Shown here piece after piece: positions 11,432 to 22,365 of a DNA stretch of 64,000 nt. A program made the translations under genes and the position numbers. Where the stretch lies: positions 11,930 to 75,929 of IMG/VR virus record IMGVR_UViG_2974569618_000001. One strand, 5' to 3'. Origin of the DNA: a virus. Lineage: Duplodnaviria > Heunggongvirae > Uroviricota > Caudoviricetes > Schitoviridae. The number at the start of each line of letters is the position of its first letter. Positions within the stretch are counted from its first letter, which is position 1. The notes beneath the pieces are model-generated. The model did no database searches, was not told the DNA's origin, and saw only the letters and a list, made by a program, of their open reading frames with translations.

Positions 11432-14400
11432 ATGGCTGGCGTACAAGACTTGCTAAATCAGGCTGTGACCCCGACTACTACGGGAACATCTCAGTCAGTG
11501 ATGCAAAACGTAGACAGCGTTTCATCTTCTAAACAAGATGCAGTAGCTGCCGCATCTGCTTCCAAACAGCAGGCGTTAGGCACACCAAATATGTACAACG
11601 TTGCGGCTGGTCGTAATTCTGGATATGGATCTGCTTCTGCTCAGACTCCGCTGGAAGCCGACTTGCTGAACATGTCAGACGTTGATCTGATTGGTAAATA
11701 CGGCAGTGCTCAGGGTATTGACCTTGCCAACCAACGTGCAACAGGCAACGCTGAATTCACCAATGACTTACTGGCCCCTCGTACTGGGAACCAAGCAATT
11801 GCTGACTCTGTAATTGGTGTCGGCATGGGCTTAGGTAACTCTGTGCTGGGTATTGGTGCTTTGGGTGCTGGACTCGTCAATGACGATGCTGGTGTCTGGG
11901 CTGCTAATGTTGCTGATGAGTTCAACAAGAATGCTCAGAATGCTCAGTCAGCCAGTCTGAATGCCCAACGTCAGGCGTCACAGGCTCAGGCAGAATTGGG
12001 TTATCGTGACAATACGAAGCAGTTCGAAGAGGATAAAGCCAATGATGGTAATTTTATTGCTTCCCTTCGCCGTATTGGACGTGATGCTGGTGTGGCACTG
12101 GATACTACTTTAGACAGTGGTGCAATGACAGGTGATGGTTTATCACAGGCCGTTGGCTCATTACTGACTGCTGGCCCACTGGGTAAAGGTTTATCTGCTG
12201 CTGGCAAACTCATCGTTAATCCTGCTACTCGTCGGGCTATTGGTCTGGCAGGTGAACTCGATGCAGCCGCTGGCACAACTTCTGCTGCCCGTGTCCTTTC
12301 TTCCATTGGATCCAAAGTACCAGAACATGCTTCTACTATGGCTGCTATTGGCCTGATGGAAGGTGGTGGTGCTTATCAGCAAGCCACTCAGGAAGCCTAT
12401 GAAAAACTGAAAGGTCGTACCGATCTGACAGAAGATCAGAAAGTTGAAATGGCTAACCGTGCTGGTCTGGTATCTGCTGCAATTCAAGGCCCATTAGCTG
12501 CTGCTACTGGTTCCATTGCTGCCAAGTTTGAAGGCAATCCGCTGGGTGCTAAGTCACTGCGTGAGATCGGTCAGAACATCCTGAAAGAAGGTGCAGAAGA
12601 AACTGTTCAATCAGCAACTGGTCAGGCTGCACAAAACTACGGTCTGAAACAGGAAGTCGATCCTAATCGTTCCCTGTCAGAAGGCGTGGGTGAGCAAGCT
12701 GCTCTGGGTGGTCTGTTTGGTCTGGGTGCTGGTGGTCTGGTACAGACTCCATCTCTGGTTAACGTCACTGCTGGCAATGCTGCTCGTGGTGTGAAAGATG
12801 CCATTACTGACCGTATTGGATCTGTTACTGCGAACAATGAACAGGCTTCACCTGTTTCCAATGCCAAAGTGTCCGAAGCTGCACAGGTGATCCAAGAGGC
12901 TGCACCACAGGCCGTACAGGAAGCACAGCAGGCTGTTGCTGACGATATCTCAATGGATGAAGGCCGTAAGCAAGAGATCAATGACTATGTTGATGCTCTG
13001 GCTGGTGCATTCAACTTTGAACCAACGGAACTGGAAACTGTTTCTCCTGAGACTGCCTCTGCAATTGGCAATGCCACTAACCGTGTTGATGCGATGCATA
13101 ACATGGCTGACTTCGTTGCGAACCAAAGCAATGATGACCTGTCACGTCTGAAAGTAATGCAGGAACTGAATGCATTTACCGACATGCTGGATGGTTTTAT
13201 TCAGTCAGAACCAGAAGGTTTAACTGGTCTGGATGAGTCACATCCTGCTCGTCAGTTAGCTGATGGTGTGCAGAATCTGATTACTAAAATCGGTCAGACT
13301 CCAAGTATCCGTAAAGCTCAGGAAGCAATGACTCGTATTGCTGAGGGTGCTCAGACTGATGCTCTGATCGAGCCAGTAACAGAAGCAAGTTTGTCTACGC
13401 CGGAAGGTCAACAGAATGTCCAGAACCACGTCACAATTGCGGAATATGCACCGGAGAAAGCAAATCTGGATGCGGTCGAAACGATCCTCCGTCATGCCCG
13501 TAGTGGTGCTGTGCAACTCAGCCCCAAACAACGTACTGCACTGGAAACAGCAGCCTCAATCCTGAATGCTGCAAAACAGTACGATGCTGAGGCTGAGGCA
13601 CAAGGCTTACGCCCGCAGGATATTGTTAGCAAGCAGATTAAGACGGACGAAAGTCGTAGTGATGCTTCGAGCTATTCTGCGTTGCAACACGCGAAAGAAG
13701 TTCGCAGGTCGTACAGTGCGGGTAACTTCGAAGCTGCCCGGAGCCAACTTCTCGATTTCCAGAAGTTCGCCCAGCACATGCAGAACAAGGTCGCTGCGAT
13801 CAACTCCCACCTTGCGAGCGGGAACAACGATGCGAACCGTTCTGTCCGTTATCAGGCTCTGCAAGATGACAGAACTTTCCGGGAGTCCAAGAACGGACTG
13901 GGTGTTAATACCGGATCCGCTCGCTCCGTTGCCTTCGCCAAGCAGGTAGGGCTTGAAAGTCAGACCCTGACTAACCTTGTGAATAGTCTGGCTACGGCTT
14001 TTCCTGAACTTAATGTTTCCCATTTGGAGCAAACTCCCCTCGATCCTTTACTGGCTCAGGGAACTCCACAGCAGGTTGCTCAGGAATTCCGAGATGGCAC
14101 TCGTAAAGTCGGTCAAAATGTGGCGTCAAATACTACCTCTAAGGGTAGCCAAGATGTGACAGAAGAAAATAAGACCAGTCCTCAAACTGCCGAAACAATG
14201 TCTGACGAACAGATTAAGAATCTCAGTGATGAAGAACTTAATGCTGCAATGTCAGATGCTTCCGGTCGTTTAGCACAAGGCTTTAATGCTGTAGACAATG
14301 AGAACTTTTCTCGTATGTCTGATGAGCAAGCAGCCAGAAGCGAAGCGACTAAAGAAGATAGTAAACCCGAACCACAGGAAACTGATACTAAATCTGTAGA

Positions 14401-17400
14401 AGAAAATGTAACCACTGTTACTGAACCAGTAGAAGAAAAACCTGCTGATATTAATGAGCATTTCTCTTCATTGGTTCAGCCGAAAGCAGGTAATAAATTC
14501 CTGTCAGCCTTCAAGTTCCCGAAGACAGATCGGACTCACATTGTTCGTGAAGCCAATCCTGTTGCTTTCGTGAAAGAAGCACTGTCAGCCAGCACTGTGA
14601 CTGATCAGGGTTATACCGTTCAGGCTCCGATTTCCCGTGCGTACAATAAGTATCTGAATCTGGCTCCTGCTATTTATCGTGGCATGAATAACCAGTTACA
14701 GGCATGGGCAACCACGCCAGATACCAAAGGTCGTCAGCCCGGTACAGAATTTCTGGAAGGCCGTACTGATGCCAACACTTGGCAGTCAGGTAAGTTGCTA
14801 AACATCGTTGATAACAAAAACGGTAAGCTGCAACTGAACAGCCAACTGTCACAGTCAGCAATTCTTGCTGGTCTGCATTGGGCATTGAATGCGAATAACT
14901 TCACCAATCCTATTGATAACGAAGGTGTGGCGAAGCGTTTAGGCATTCCTGAAATGAGTGTGAACGATGAACTGACTGAGTTCTTTAACTCAGGAATGAC
15001 TGCACTGGATGCACAGCAGTCGCTCGCTAAAAAAGTAAAACAGTTCTGGGGTGTGTCCAATAATGCTGATGAGAAGATCGGTTACACCGATGGTATTCCA
15101 TCTGCAATGGCTGGTGAGTTACTGGAGTCAATGGTTAGCAATGGTCTGATCAATGAAACTCGTGCTCAGATTGCCTATACCCTGCAACCCGGTCTGGAAG
15201 ATATTCCAGAAAACCGTGGCATTTACTTCTTGGTTCCTGCTGATAGCAAGCTGGAAAAAGGCCAGAAGCAACTGACCATGTTCAACATGTACAGCATTAA
15301 CCCTGAAAACGAGTTCATGTCTCCAGACAATGAGATGCGTCAGTACCCTGATGCAATTGAACACGCTGTCATGGTTGATCCAGAGAATGTCATGTTCTTT
15401 GGTGATGACAAGGTTCCTTTGTCTCGTACACAGTTGAACAGTGATTGGGTGCCAGTGACTAAAGAGCAGGCCACTGTTATTGCCAATAACAATGCAACGC
15501 CTTATTACCCACACATGCCTATGGTTAATCTCTACTCAGAACTGGGTGAGAAAAACATTCTGGATCTGTTGGGTGAAGGTGATCTGGCTGGTAATACCAA
15601 CGTCTTCAACAAGAACTACATGAAGACACTGGAAGGACGTAACCTGTCTATTCAGTCTGCATTCCGTCAGTTGCAGAACGTGATGACTGCTGCACAGAAC
15701 CGTGCTGATACTGCTGGCATTCCTGTAGAGGAACTGGCTCATCATTACGGTCATGCGATCACGTCCGTTAACCGACTGCAAATGCTAGGTAAACAGAATC
15801 CTCAGTCTTCCAAACTGGTTCGTGAAGCAATCATGTCTACGTGGTCAACACTGGATATGAACCAGAAAGAGAACAGCGATAAGTTCATGCTGGCTATGGC
15901 TCAGGCACTGGGTGTCAAAGTTCACAATATGCCGCTGGCTGATTCTGTTCGTGAAGCTGAGAATATGCTGGAAGGTGATCTGAGTGATGCCGTTCAGATG
16001 CTGGGTGAGTTCCATCGTACCGGTAATCTGCCTCGTGATGCTGTGCAGACTCTGCGTGATGCATTTGGTGGTAAGAAACTGGCCCCAATGGAACTGCAAG
16101 CGATCAGTGAATATGCTCGTTTACAGAATGCCACGGATGAAGAACGTGCAGCGTTCCGTACTCCTGCATATGTTGAAGCTGATGGAATGACCAACGGTGT
16201 GATCAACGCCATTTCCCTGATGACCTCTGGTGCATTTACCGAAGGTGAGTTAGCCAACCTGTCTCGTGGTGGTGTAACTGTCGGTGGTAATGAGAACGAC
16301 ACAGCCAACAATATCCGTACTGCTAACAACGAGGACATGTACACCTCGACTGTTAAGATCCTCAAGAATGTACTGGGATCTTTGAAAAACCATCTGGAAC
16401 CAACTCCACTGGTTAAGCAGCAGATGCTGAATGTCGAACGTCTCATGGCTCTGTTTATGCCGGGTGATGTATCACTGAATGCTAACGGTGATCTGGAACT
16501 GAAACGTGGTGTCACTAAGAACCCGTTGACCATTACTCTCTATGGTTCCGGTACTCAGGGTATTGCAGGCAAATTCGTTAAACAGATCACTGATGGTATT
16601 TACCAGACCATCTCTCTGGCTAATGAACGTTTGAAAAACAATCCAGATATGGATGCCCGTGAAGCATTGTTCCCCGGTCAGCCTGAAAATGCAGAGATGT
16701 TCAGCAACATCATGGATGATCTGCTGTCGTCAGTAGCAGTTAACAAACAGGGTAAATTCTCTCTGGTTAACTCTAATGCTGAACTGATGGACTTGCAGAA
16801 CATGGCAGAGTTCACCTTTAACAGTGCTCAGTTACGTGCATTGCAAGGCAACCTGCACACTCTGTTTGTACAGCCTATGCGTATGGCAATAGACAAGTCT
16901 GTTGGTGAATCCGTAATGGAAAACACTACACTGATTCGTCGTGCTACTCAGGCACAGAGTATCTACCTGCAAGAAGCGTTTAAGAAAGCAGTTGCTGAAC
17001 GTGTGCAGTGGAACGTTGACAACACTCCGGGCTACAAAAAGACTGAGTTCCTGTCACAGCGTGAACTGAATGATATTCGTGAAAGCCTTTCTTCACTGGC
17101 TCCACTGGTGACTACTGGCACACAGAATTTCTTCATTGCTGGTTCCCAGAATACTGATGTACAGGGATCACTGTTGTCTCGTAACTTCTCTGGCAAATTT
17201 GCTGCTCAGACGATGGTTGCTGGCCCATCCGATTCCGGTGTCTCCGGTATCCCATTCATGAACATTGGTATGGGTGACGGTCAGATGGTGCAGAGTGCGT
17301 ATGTAGGCAAAGATGCTCCACAGAAATCTACCCCGATTTTTGATGGTGTTAACCTTGCTCTGGATCGCATGAATGAAGACAGCCGTACCATGAACAAAGC

Positions 17401-20400
17401 TGTTTATACTGCATGGCAGAACAACCCATTACGGGCTGTGCTGAATGCCTACGATACTCTGATGACTCAGGCCGATTCTGCTTACCCAGAAGCTGCTCAT
17501 GCTGCACTGGTTAAAGCTGTGATCGATGATGCTGCTGCTGTTAAAGACCCAGCCTCTGTATCAAAAGAAGCTGTCAAAGCTGCAATGGTTGCTCTGCAAG
17601 CACAGTTGGCTAATGCTGCTGACAACATTGACGCACGACATGATCTGATGAGCAAAGTGCAATTGGCTGTTGACCAGATGGCTGCAACGGGTAATCCGTA
17701 TGTGCAAACTGGCCCAGCAGTGCAGGGAACATTTGCTGAAAAGGCACATACCCTGAATCAGATGCTGGAAGGTAAGGTATCAACTGAGGCTCCTAAACCA
17801 GTTAACAAAGCAGTAAAAGCTGCCACTGTTGCTGATAAATCTGGTGCTCGTATTCTGCCACAGTCAAACCTGCGTAGCCTGTTTGCCAATGCTGAACCAA
17901 CTCAGAAGAAGCTCTTCCAGATGCTGATGCGTACTATGCCTAACCGCTATTTCAAAGTGGTAACAGGCAATGCACAGGAACTGGCTCAGTATGCACTGGA
18001 CAACAACATTAATCTGGAAACAGATGATGGTTCTAATCCATTCGCTGATGGGGTAAACGGTCTGTACCATCGCCGTTCAAACACCATCTTTGCAATGTCA
18101 GCTACACCAGAAACTGTGCTGCATGAAATGATCCATGCTGCCACGATTGATCGTGTGTCTGCTGTGCTGAATGGTGAGGATCTCGGCCCACTGACAGGTG
18201 TCTATGAGGATGCTGTGGAAAATATCCGCACTCTGATGAATGACTTCCTGACTATGGATATTGGTGACTTTACTGTTGAACAGCAGATGGAAATGAACCA
18301 TGCCCGTACTGAGATCAACCACTGGTTAATGTCCGGTCATCCAGTTGCAGAGTCCTACGCCATTAACGAATTCATGGCTTGGTCACTGGCTAACAATAAA
18401 ATTGAGTCTGCCCAGCGTACTGTAAAAGCAAACCCAATTGTTCAACTGGCTAAAGATGCAGTGAAGTTTCTGAAACAACTGGTATTCGGTCGTAAGCGTA
18501 TTGCTGAGAATCCGGGGGAAGACATGTTCTCAAACCTGTCTTTCAACACCAATATTCTTCTTGGTTCTCCGGTTACAACTCAGGGCTTAACCTCGGATAC
18601 TGTTGCTTTCCAGAACCGTGCATACGGCAATGATCATCATCTACAGGAAATCATTGATGCCTTTGAAGGCACAGTGAATAACTACCTGAATGCTGCTCCT
18701 GATGTACAGGTGAAGTCTGCTCGTAAAACTGAGTACAGCAATGGGTTAATGGCTGGTCAGCGTATGCTGAATATTGCCACTGCTCATGGGTTCCCAATGA
18801 CTATGCAGCAGGCTTCTGCCTACAGCATGATCGTTGCTGCTCTGCAAACTCAGGCGAAGATTGATCCTAATGCCATGACCCGTATGCAGGATCTGTTCAG
18901 TCATGTGACCAAAAACCTGACTGTGGAAGATCTGATGGACAAGAATGCTGTCGATATTCCTTCTGAGGAATCAATTGCACAGGAGCGTTATTCTGTCCTA
19001 ATGGGTAACTACGGAACACAGACTGATGCTGTTGGTCGCTCTGCTCTGTTACCTTCTTTCATGGCTCTCACTATGGTCAGTCCTCTGCTGCGTGAAACAT
19101 TGTCATCAATGCCACTGCCTAAGACTGAACGTAATGATGCAGGTACTCTGGATGCTGTACTGGAAAATGCTGGTCAGAATGCCCTGAATGCTCTGTCTCG
19201 ATCCATGTCTGGTGAGAAAGGCGAGAACGTACAGGCTGCAATCGATGCACTGACTAACCGTATTGTTGATGTGGCTCAGAACCGTGAAACGTTCATTGAC
19301 CAGTACGCTTCGACAACGGGTGGTTATGTAGACCGTGCTAACCAGATCATGACTGACACTCTGGAAAAACTGTCCGGCAACCTGATGGATGCAGGCGAGA
19401 AACTGAAAGGCTCTCACAACAAGTATGTGGGTGCTCTTGGTTCTTCACTGCGTATTATCGGTGCAATTGCCACTGAGCAAAACGGTGCTCATGTTGCCGA
19501 AGGTGTCATGGCAGCAATGAACCGTATGCGTGGTATGCAGCCGTGGTTTGATCTGGTGAATGACATGGTTGGTCGTACCTCTTCTAATGCCAATGTCTAT
19601 GACATGATCAAAGCAGTACGTGCTCTGGTACAGCAGGATCGTCAGCAATTCCGTCAGCATTTGCCGACTGTTATTGCCGATAAATTCAGCCGTAACCTGA
19701 GTGATCGTGAGTGGGAAATCGTGCATCGTGGTCTGGCTAAAACTGACCTGACTTCGCTGCGTACTGGTTTCACTGATGAAGAAATCCATGCTCTGATTGC
19801 AGATCCAAAGAACCTGAGCAATGCCATTGACCGTATGGAAAAAGCCATTGAAGCACAGGATTCAGCTAATGCCGGAACCTATCGCAGCAAGGCTGATCAA
19901 CTGGCTGAGTACATGATCAATGGAACTGTGGGTCGTAATCTTCTGCGTAATGCCAATGCTATCTCTGCTCTGCTGGGGGAACCAAAGCGAGGCAATGCAA
20001 CGAAGGATGCAGCGTTTACTCAGCAAATTGATCATCTGGTGACAATGTATGCTCTGAGCAAGCTGGGGCTGCGTGAACGTATTGAGCTTTCTAACTTGGT
20101 TCAAACTGAGTCAGAAGGTATGGCGTTCTCAATGGCTTATATGCAGGGGCAACGTGCGGAAGAAATGCGTAAGGCTGAGTCTAGCCCTCGTGCTTTCTTC
20201 AACCAGTACAAAGGTTATATTCCATCGAACCAGCAAGAAGGTGTATCCCTGATCATTGCTGATGATGCTGATTATGACCGTCTGAGCAAAATGAGTTATG
20301 AGCGTGTTGCTCCTTACAATGCCTCATCTCTGGAGCCGGGTGCTGCAAGCCGTAGCTACTACTTTGCTCCGGTGTCAGGCCGTGCTGTGTTCAATCAGGG

Positions 20401-21958
20401 GATCATGCAGAACATCCGTATGACTGCCAATGGTGTAGACACTTCCACTGGCTTTACCGTAGGCATTACTGGTGGTGTCATTGCTGATAAAGCGACAGTA
20501 GAGCGTATTCGCAACCAGAAGCGTTCTAACGAGACTGGTGAGAATCTGATGCCAATCTATGATCGTGGTGGCAATGTCGTGGCATACGAGCGTTCTGTGG
20601 CTCCTGAGCAGCTTGCCCGACTGAACCGTGATACACACTTTGCCCGTAACGTGGGTGTGTGGCGTGGTCGTCAGGTAGAAGAAATCCGTGCTCATGGTGT
20701 AAACCAGAAGCTGGTGGATGCTGTCAGTGAGATGTACAACAAGGATGTGACTGCTGATCCAAGTAATGACAACATGTACGTCAATGTGTTTGAGTCAGAC
20801 GATAAAGTTGTTCAAGATGCTGTGAAGCTGTTTACCCCAGAGATCAAAGACTATATGGCTAAGGTCTTTGGTGGTGAGAACATCTTTATGGTTCGCCGTG
20901 ACATGCTGGCTGATACGCTGGGTTATCGTGAAGCAACCGTTGGTGATGCATGGACAGGGAACTCACGCTGGAATGATCGGACGTTGAAGACTGCACAGAA
21001 TGTGGCCCTTGCCATGTATGGCAACAAGGCTTATCAGTATGCAACTAACAGCGAGAAGTTCATTCAGAACCTGATGCGTGATGCCCGTCAGATGATCATC
21101 GTTAAATCTGTTGTGGTTCCTGTTGCCAACACACTGGGTAACATTTACCAGTTGATTAGCCGTGGTGTTCCACTGGTTAACGTGGCTCGTCAGATCCCAC
21201 GTAAACTGGCTGAAATCAACACGTACACCAAAACCCGTGTACGCCAGATTGAACTGGAAGCAGAACTGCGAGCAACCGATAACATTGTTGAGCAGCGTAA
21301 AATCAATGCTGAGATCCAGAGTATCGTAGACAGCCATAAGCGTATGTCGATCTGGCCTCTGATTGAAGCAGGTGAGTTCTCTGCCATTAACGATGCGTCA
21401 CTGGATGAATCTGACATTGAGTTAACGTCAGGTCGTCTGTACTCATACTTCGAGCAGAAGATTAACCAGTTACCACAGGCAGTACGTACAGCAGGTCGGT
21501 ATGCTCTGATTACTCAGGACACACCACTGTTTAAGGCTCTGGAAAAATCTGTCGAGTATGGTGACTTTATTGCTAAAGCAGTGCTCTACGATGACATTGT
21601 TAATCGTCAGGGCAAGGACAGTGCTTATGCTCTGTCTCGTGTAACGGAAGAGTTTGTGAACTATGATCGTCTGCCCGGTCGTTTCCGCTCCTACATGGAG
21701 AAGATGGGTCTGATGTGGTTCTATAACTTTAAGATCCGTTCGGCTAAGGTTGCTATGTCGATTCTGCGTAACAACCCGGTACACGCTCTGATGGGTGCAA
21801 TGATGCCTCAGCCGTCAATCTTCGGTAACGTTGGTTCTCCGATTACGGATAACATCTTTACTGTTGCTGGTGATGGACGACTGAACTTCTCGTTCGGTAT
21901 TGGACAGGCAATCCGTGCTCCGATGCTTAACCCGTGGGTAAACATCATGAGTCAGTAA
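11432..21958 (+). CDS. Virion-encapsidated giant RNA polymerase (N4 gp50 vRNAP-like), 3508 aa
   Basis: Single 10.5 kb ORF with RBS AAGGA. Its size matches the 3500-aa N4 vRNAP. It lies at the end of the late operon, convergent with the other strand. Confidence 0.8.
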   Translation: MAGVQDLLNQAVTPTTTGTSQSVMQNVDSVSSSKQDAVAAASASKQQALGTPNMYNVAAGRNSGYGSASAQTPLEADLLNMSDVDLIGKYGSAQGIDLANQRATGNAEFTNDLLAPRTGNQAIADSVIGVGMGLGNSVLGIGALGAGLVNDDAGVWAANVADEFNKNAQNAQSASLNAQRQASQAQAELGYRDNTKQFEEDKANDGNFIASLRRIGRDAGVALDTTLDSGAMTGDGLSQAVGSLLTAGPLGKGLSAAGKLIVNPATRRAIGLAGELDAAAGTTSAARVLSSIGSKVPEHASTMAAIGLMEGGGAYQQATQEAYEKLKGRTDLTEDQKVEMANRAGLVSAAIQGPLAAATGSIAAKFEGNPLGAKSLREIGQNILKEGAEETVQSATGQAAQNYGLKQEVDPNRSLSEGVGEQAALGGLFGLGAGGLVQTPSLVNVTAGNAARGVKDAITDRIGSVTANNEQASPVSNAKVSEAAQVIQEAAPQAVQEAQQAVADDISMDEGRKQEINDYVDALAGAFNFEPTELETVSPETASAIGNATNRVDAMHNMADFVANQSNDDLSRLKVMQELNAFTDMLDGFIQSEPEGLTGLDESHPARQLADGVQNLITKIGQTPSIRKAQEAMTRIAEGAQTDALIEPVTEASLSTPEGQQNVQNHVTIAEYAPEKANLDAVETILRHARSGAVQLSPKQRTALETAASILNAAKQYDAEAEAQGLRPQDIVSKQIKTDESRSDASSYSALQHAKEVRRSYSAGNFEAARSQLLDFQKFAQHMQNKVAAINSHLASGNNDANRSVRYQALQDDRTFRESKNGLGVNTGSARSVAFAKQVGLESQTLTNLVNSLATAFPELNVSHLEQTPLDPLLAQGTPQQVAQEFRDGTRKVGQNVASNTTSKGSQDVTEENKTSPQTAETMSDEQIKNLSDEELNAAMSDASGRLAQGFNAVDNENFSRMSDEQAARSEATKEDSKPEPQETDTKSVEENVTTVTEPVEEKPADINEHFSSLVQPKAGNKFLSAFKFPKTDRTHIVREANPVAFVKEALSASTVTDQGYTVQAPISRAYNKYLNLAPAIYRGMNNQLQAWATTPDTKGRQPGTEFLEGRTDANTWQSGKLLNIVDNKNGKLQLNSQLSQSAILAGLHWALNANNFTNPIDNEGVAKRLGIPEMSVNDELTEFFNSGMTALDAQQSLAKKVKQFWGVSNNADEKIGYTDGIPSAMAGELLESMVSNGLINETRAQIAYTLQPGLEDIPENRGIYFLVPADSKLEKGQKQLTMFNMYSINPENEFMSPDNEMRQYPDAIEHAVMVDPENVMFFGDDKVPLSRTQLNSDWVPVTKEQATVIANNNATPYYPHMPMVNLYSELGEKNILDLLGEGDLAGNTNVFNKNYMKTLEGRNLSIQSAFRQLQNVMTAAQNRADTAGIPVEELAHHYGHAITSVNRLQMLGKQNPQSSKLVREAIMSTWSTLDMNQKENSDKFMLAMAQALGVKVHNMPLADSVREAENMLEGDLSDAVQMLGEFHRTGNLPRDAVQTLRDAFGGKKLAPMELQAISEYARLQNATDEERAAFRTPAYVEADGMTNGVINAISLMTSGAFTEGELANLSRGGVTVGGNENDTANNIRTANNEDMYTSTVKILKNVLGSLKNHLEPTPLVKQQMLNVERLMALFMPGDVSLNANGDLELKRGVTKNPLTITLYGSGTQGIAGKFVKQITDGIYQTISLANERLKNNPDMDAREALFPGQPENAEMFSNIMDDLLSSVAVNKQGKFSLVNSNAELMDLQNMAEFTFNSAQLRALQGNLHTLFVQPMRMAIDKSVGESVMENTTLIRRATQAQSIYLQEAFKKAVAERVQWNVDNTPGYKKTEFLSQRELNDIRESLSSLAPLVTTGTQNFFIAGSQNTDVQGSLLSRNFSGKFAAQTMVAGPSDSGVSGIPFMNIGMGDGQMVQSAYVGKDAPQKSTPIFDGVNLALDRMNEDSRTMNKAVYTAWQNNPLRAVLNAYDTLMTQADSAYPEAAHAALVKAVIDDAAAVKDPASVSKEAVKAAMVALQAQLANAADNIDARHDLMSKVQLAVDQMAATGNPYVQTGPAVQGTFAEKAHTLNQMLEGKVSTEAPKPVNKAVKAATVADKSGARILPQSNLRSLFANAEPTQKKLFQMLMRTMPNRYFKVVTGNAQELAQYALDNNINLETDDGSNPFADGVNGLYHRRSNTIFAMSATPETVLHEMIHAATIDRVSAVLNGEDLGPLTGVYEDAVENIRTLMNDFLTMDIGDFTVEQQMEMNHARTEINHWLMSGHPVAESYAINEFMAWSLANNKIESAQRTVKANPIVQLAKDAVKFLKQLVFGRKRIAENPGEDMFSNLSFNTNILLGSPVTTQGLTSDTVAFQNRAYGNDHHLQEIIDAFEGTVNNYLNAAPDVQVKSARKTEYSNGLMAGQRMLNIATAHGFPMTMQQASAYSMIVAALQTQAKIDPNAMTRMQDLFSHVTKNLTVEDLMDKNAVDIPSEESIAQERYSVLMGNYGTQTDAVGRSALLPSFMALTMVSPLLRETLSSMPLPKTERNDAGTLDAVLENAGQNALNALSRSMSGEKGENVQAAIDALTNRIVDVAQNRETFIDQYASTTGGYVDRANQIMTDTLEKLSGNLMDAGEKLKGSHNKYVGALGSSLRIIGAIATEQNGAHVAEGVMAAMNRMRGMQPWFDLVNDMVGRTSSNANVYDMIKAVRALVQQDRQQFRQHLPTVIADKFSRNLSDREWEIVHRGLAKTDLTSLRTGFTDEEIHALIADPKNLSNAIDRMEKAIEAQDSANAGTYRSKADQLAEYMINGTVGRNLLRNANAISALLGEPKRGNATKDAAFTQQIDHLVTMYALSKLGLRERIELSNLVQTESEGMAFSMAYMQGQRAEEMRKAESSPRAFFNQYKGYIPSNQQEGVSLIIADDADYDRLSKMSYERVAPYNASSLEPGAASRSYYFAPVSGRAVFNQGIMQNIRMTANGVDTSTGFTVGITGGVIADKATVERIRNQKRSNETGENLMPIYDRGGNVVAYERSVAPEQLARLNRDTHFARNVGVWRGRQVEEIRAHGVNQKLVDAVSEMYNKDVTADPSNDNMYVNVFESDDKVVQDAVKLFTPEIKDYMAKVFGGENIFMVRRDMLADTLGYREATVGDAWTGNSRWNDRTLKTAQNVALAMYGNKAYQYATNSEKFIQNLMRDARQMIIVKSVVVPVANTLGNIYQLISRGVPLVNVARQIPRKLAEINTYTKTRVRQIELEAELRATDNIVEQRKINAEIQSIVDSHKRMSIWPLIEAGEFSAINDASLDESDIELTSGRLYSYFEQKINQLPQAVRTAGRYALITQDTPLFKALEKSVEYGDFIAKAVLYDDIVNRQGKDSAYALSRVTEEFVNYDRLPGRFRSYMEKMGLMWFYNFKIRSAKVAMSILRNNPVHALMGAMMPQPSIFGNVGSPITDNIFTVAGDGRLNFSFGIGQAIRAPMLNPWVNIMSQ

Positions 21959-21960
21959 CC

Positions 21961-21994
21961 AAATAAAAAGGCTCCCAATGGGAGCCTTTCTTTT
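21961..21994. terminator. Bidirectional terminator at the convergent junction
   Basis: An A-run, then a GGCTCCC-aat-GGGAGCC hairpin, then TTTCTTTT. Confidence 0.65.
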
Positions 21995-22238
21995 AACTCA
22001 TTTCTGAGTAACCAGCTTCAAACACGTCTTTTGGACTCCAGCTAATATACCCGTCAAAGTCAGGATGATTGGGTTTGCCACCATCCAGATATTCAACAAG
22101 ATAACCTTCGTCACTTGGATCTTCGTCAGCCGGAACTTCCCAGCCACGCAGTTTGTTATAGATGCCCCGGCTCATTGGAGTAGCCAGAACTTCTTTATGA
22201 CAACGATAACGTTTAACCTTAATTTCCATCTGGTTCAC
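21993..22238 (-). CDS. Hypothetical protein (81 aa; may start at the internal ATG at 22229)
   Basis: It is the last gene on the minus strand before the bidirectional terminator. Confidence 0.45.
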   Translation of the reverse strand: MNQMEIKVKRYRCHKEVLATPMSRGIYNKLRGWEVPADEDPSDEGYLVEYLDGGKPNHPDFDGYISWSPKDVFEAGYSEMS

Positions 22239-22356
22239 CGCCTAGCAGTTCATAAATTTCCTGACCGCTTTCGTTGTTCTGGAAAGCATGTTCTTCCCAG
22301 CGATCCCAGTATTCTGCGAGGAAGTCACGCAGAACCTGTTGTTGATGTTCATCCAT
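22219..22356 (-). CDS. Small ORF (45 aa) between the tailspike gene and the 81-aa ORF, not in the ORF track
   Basis: ATG preceded by AAGGA that overlaps the tailspike stop. Acidic peptide MDEHQQQVLRDFLAEYWDRWEEH... Confidence 0.3.
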   Translation of the reverse strand: MDEHQQQVLRDFLAEYWDRWEEHAFQNNESGQEIYELLGGEPDGN

Positions 22357-22365
22357 ATTGGATCC

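Noticed and set aside
18122-18136. HEMIH in the vRNAP as evidence of a protease
   Set aside because: I kept this only as a low-confidence note inside a finding. A five-residue motif alone is weak evidence in a 3508-aa protein.
11529-21784. About 25 short minus-strand ORFs nested inside the vRNAP gene
   Set aside because: They are antisense to a 10.5 kb ORF with no independent signals. They are expected by chance at this length.
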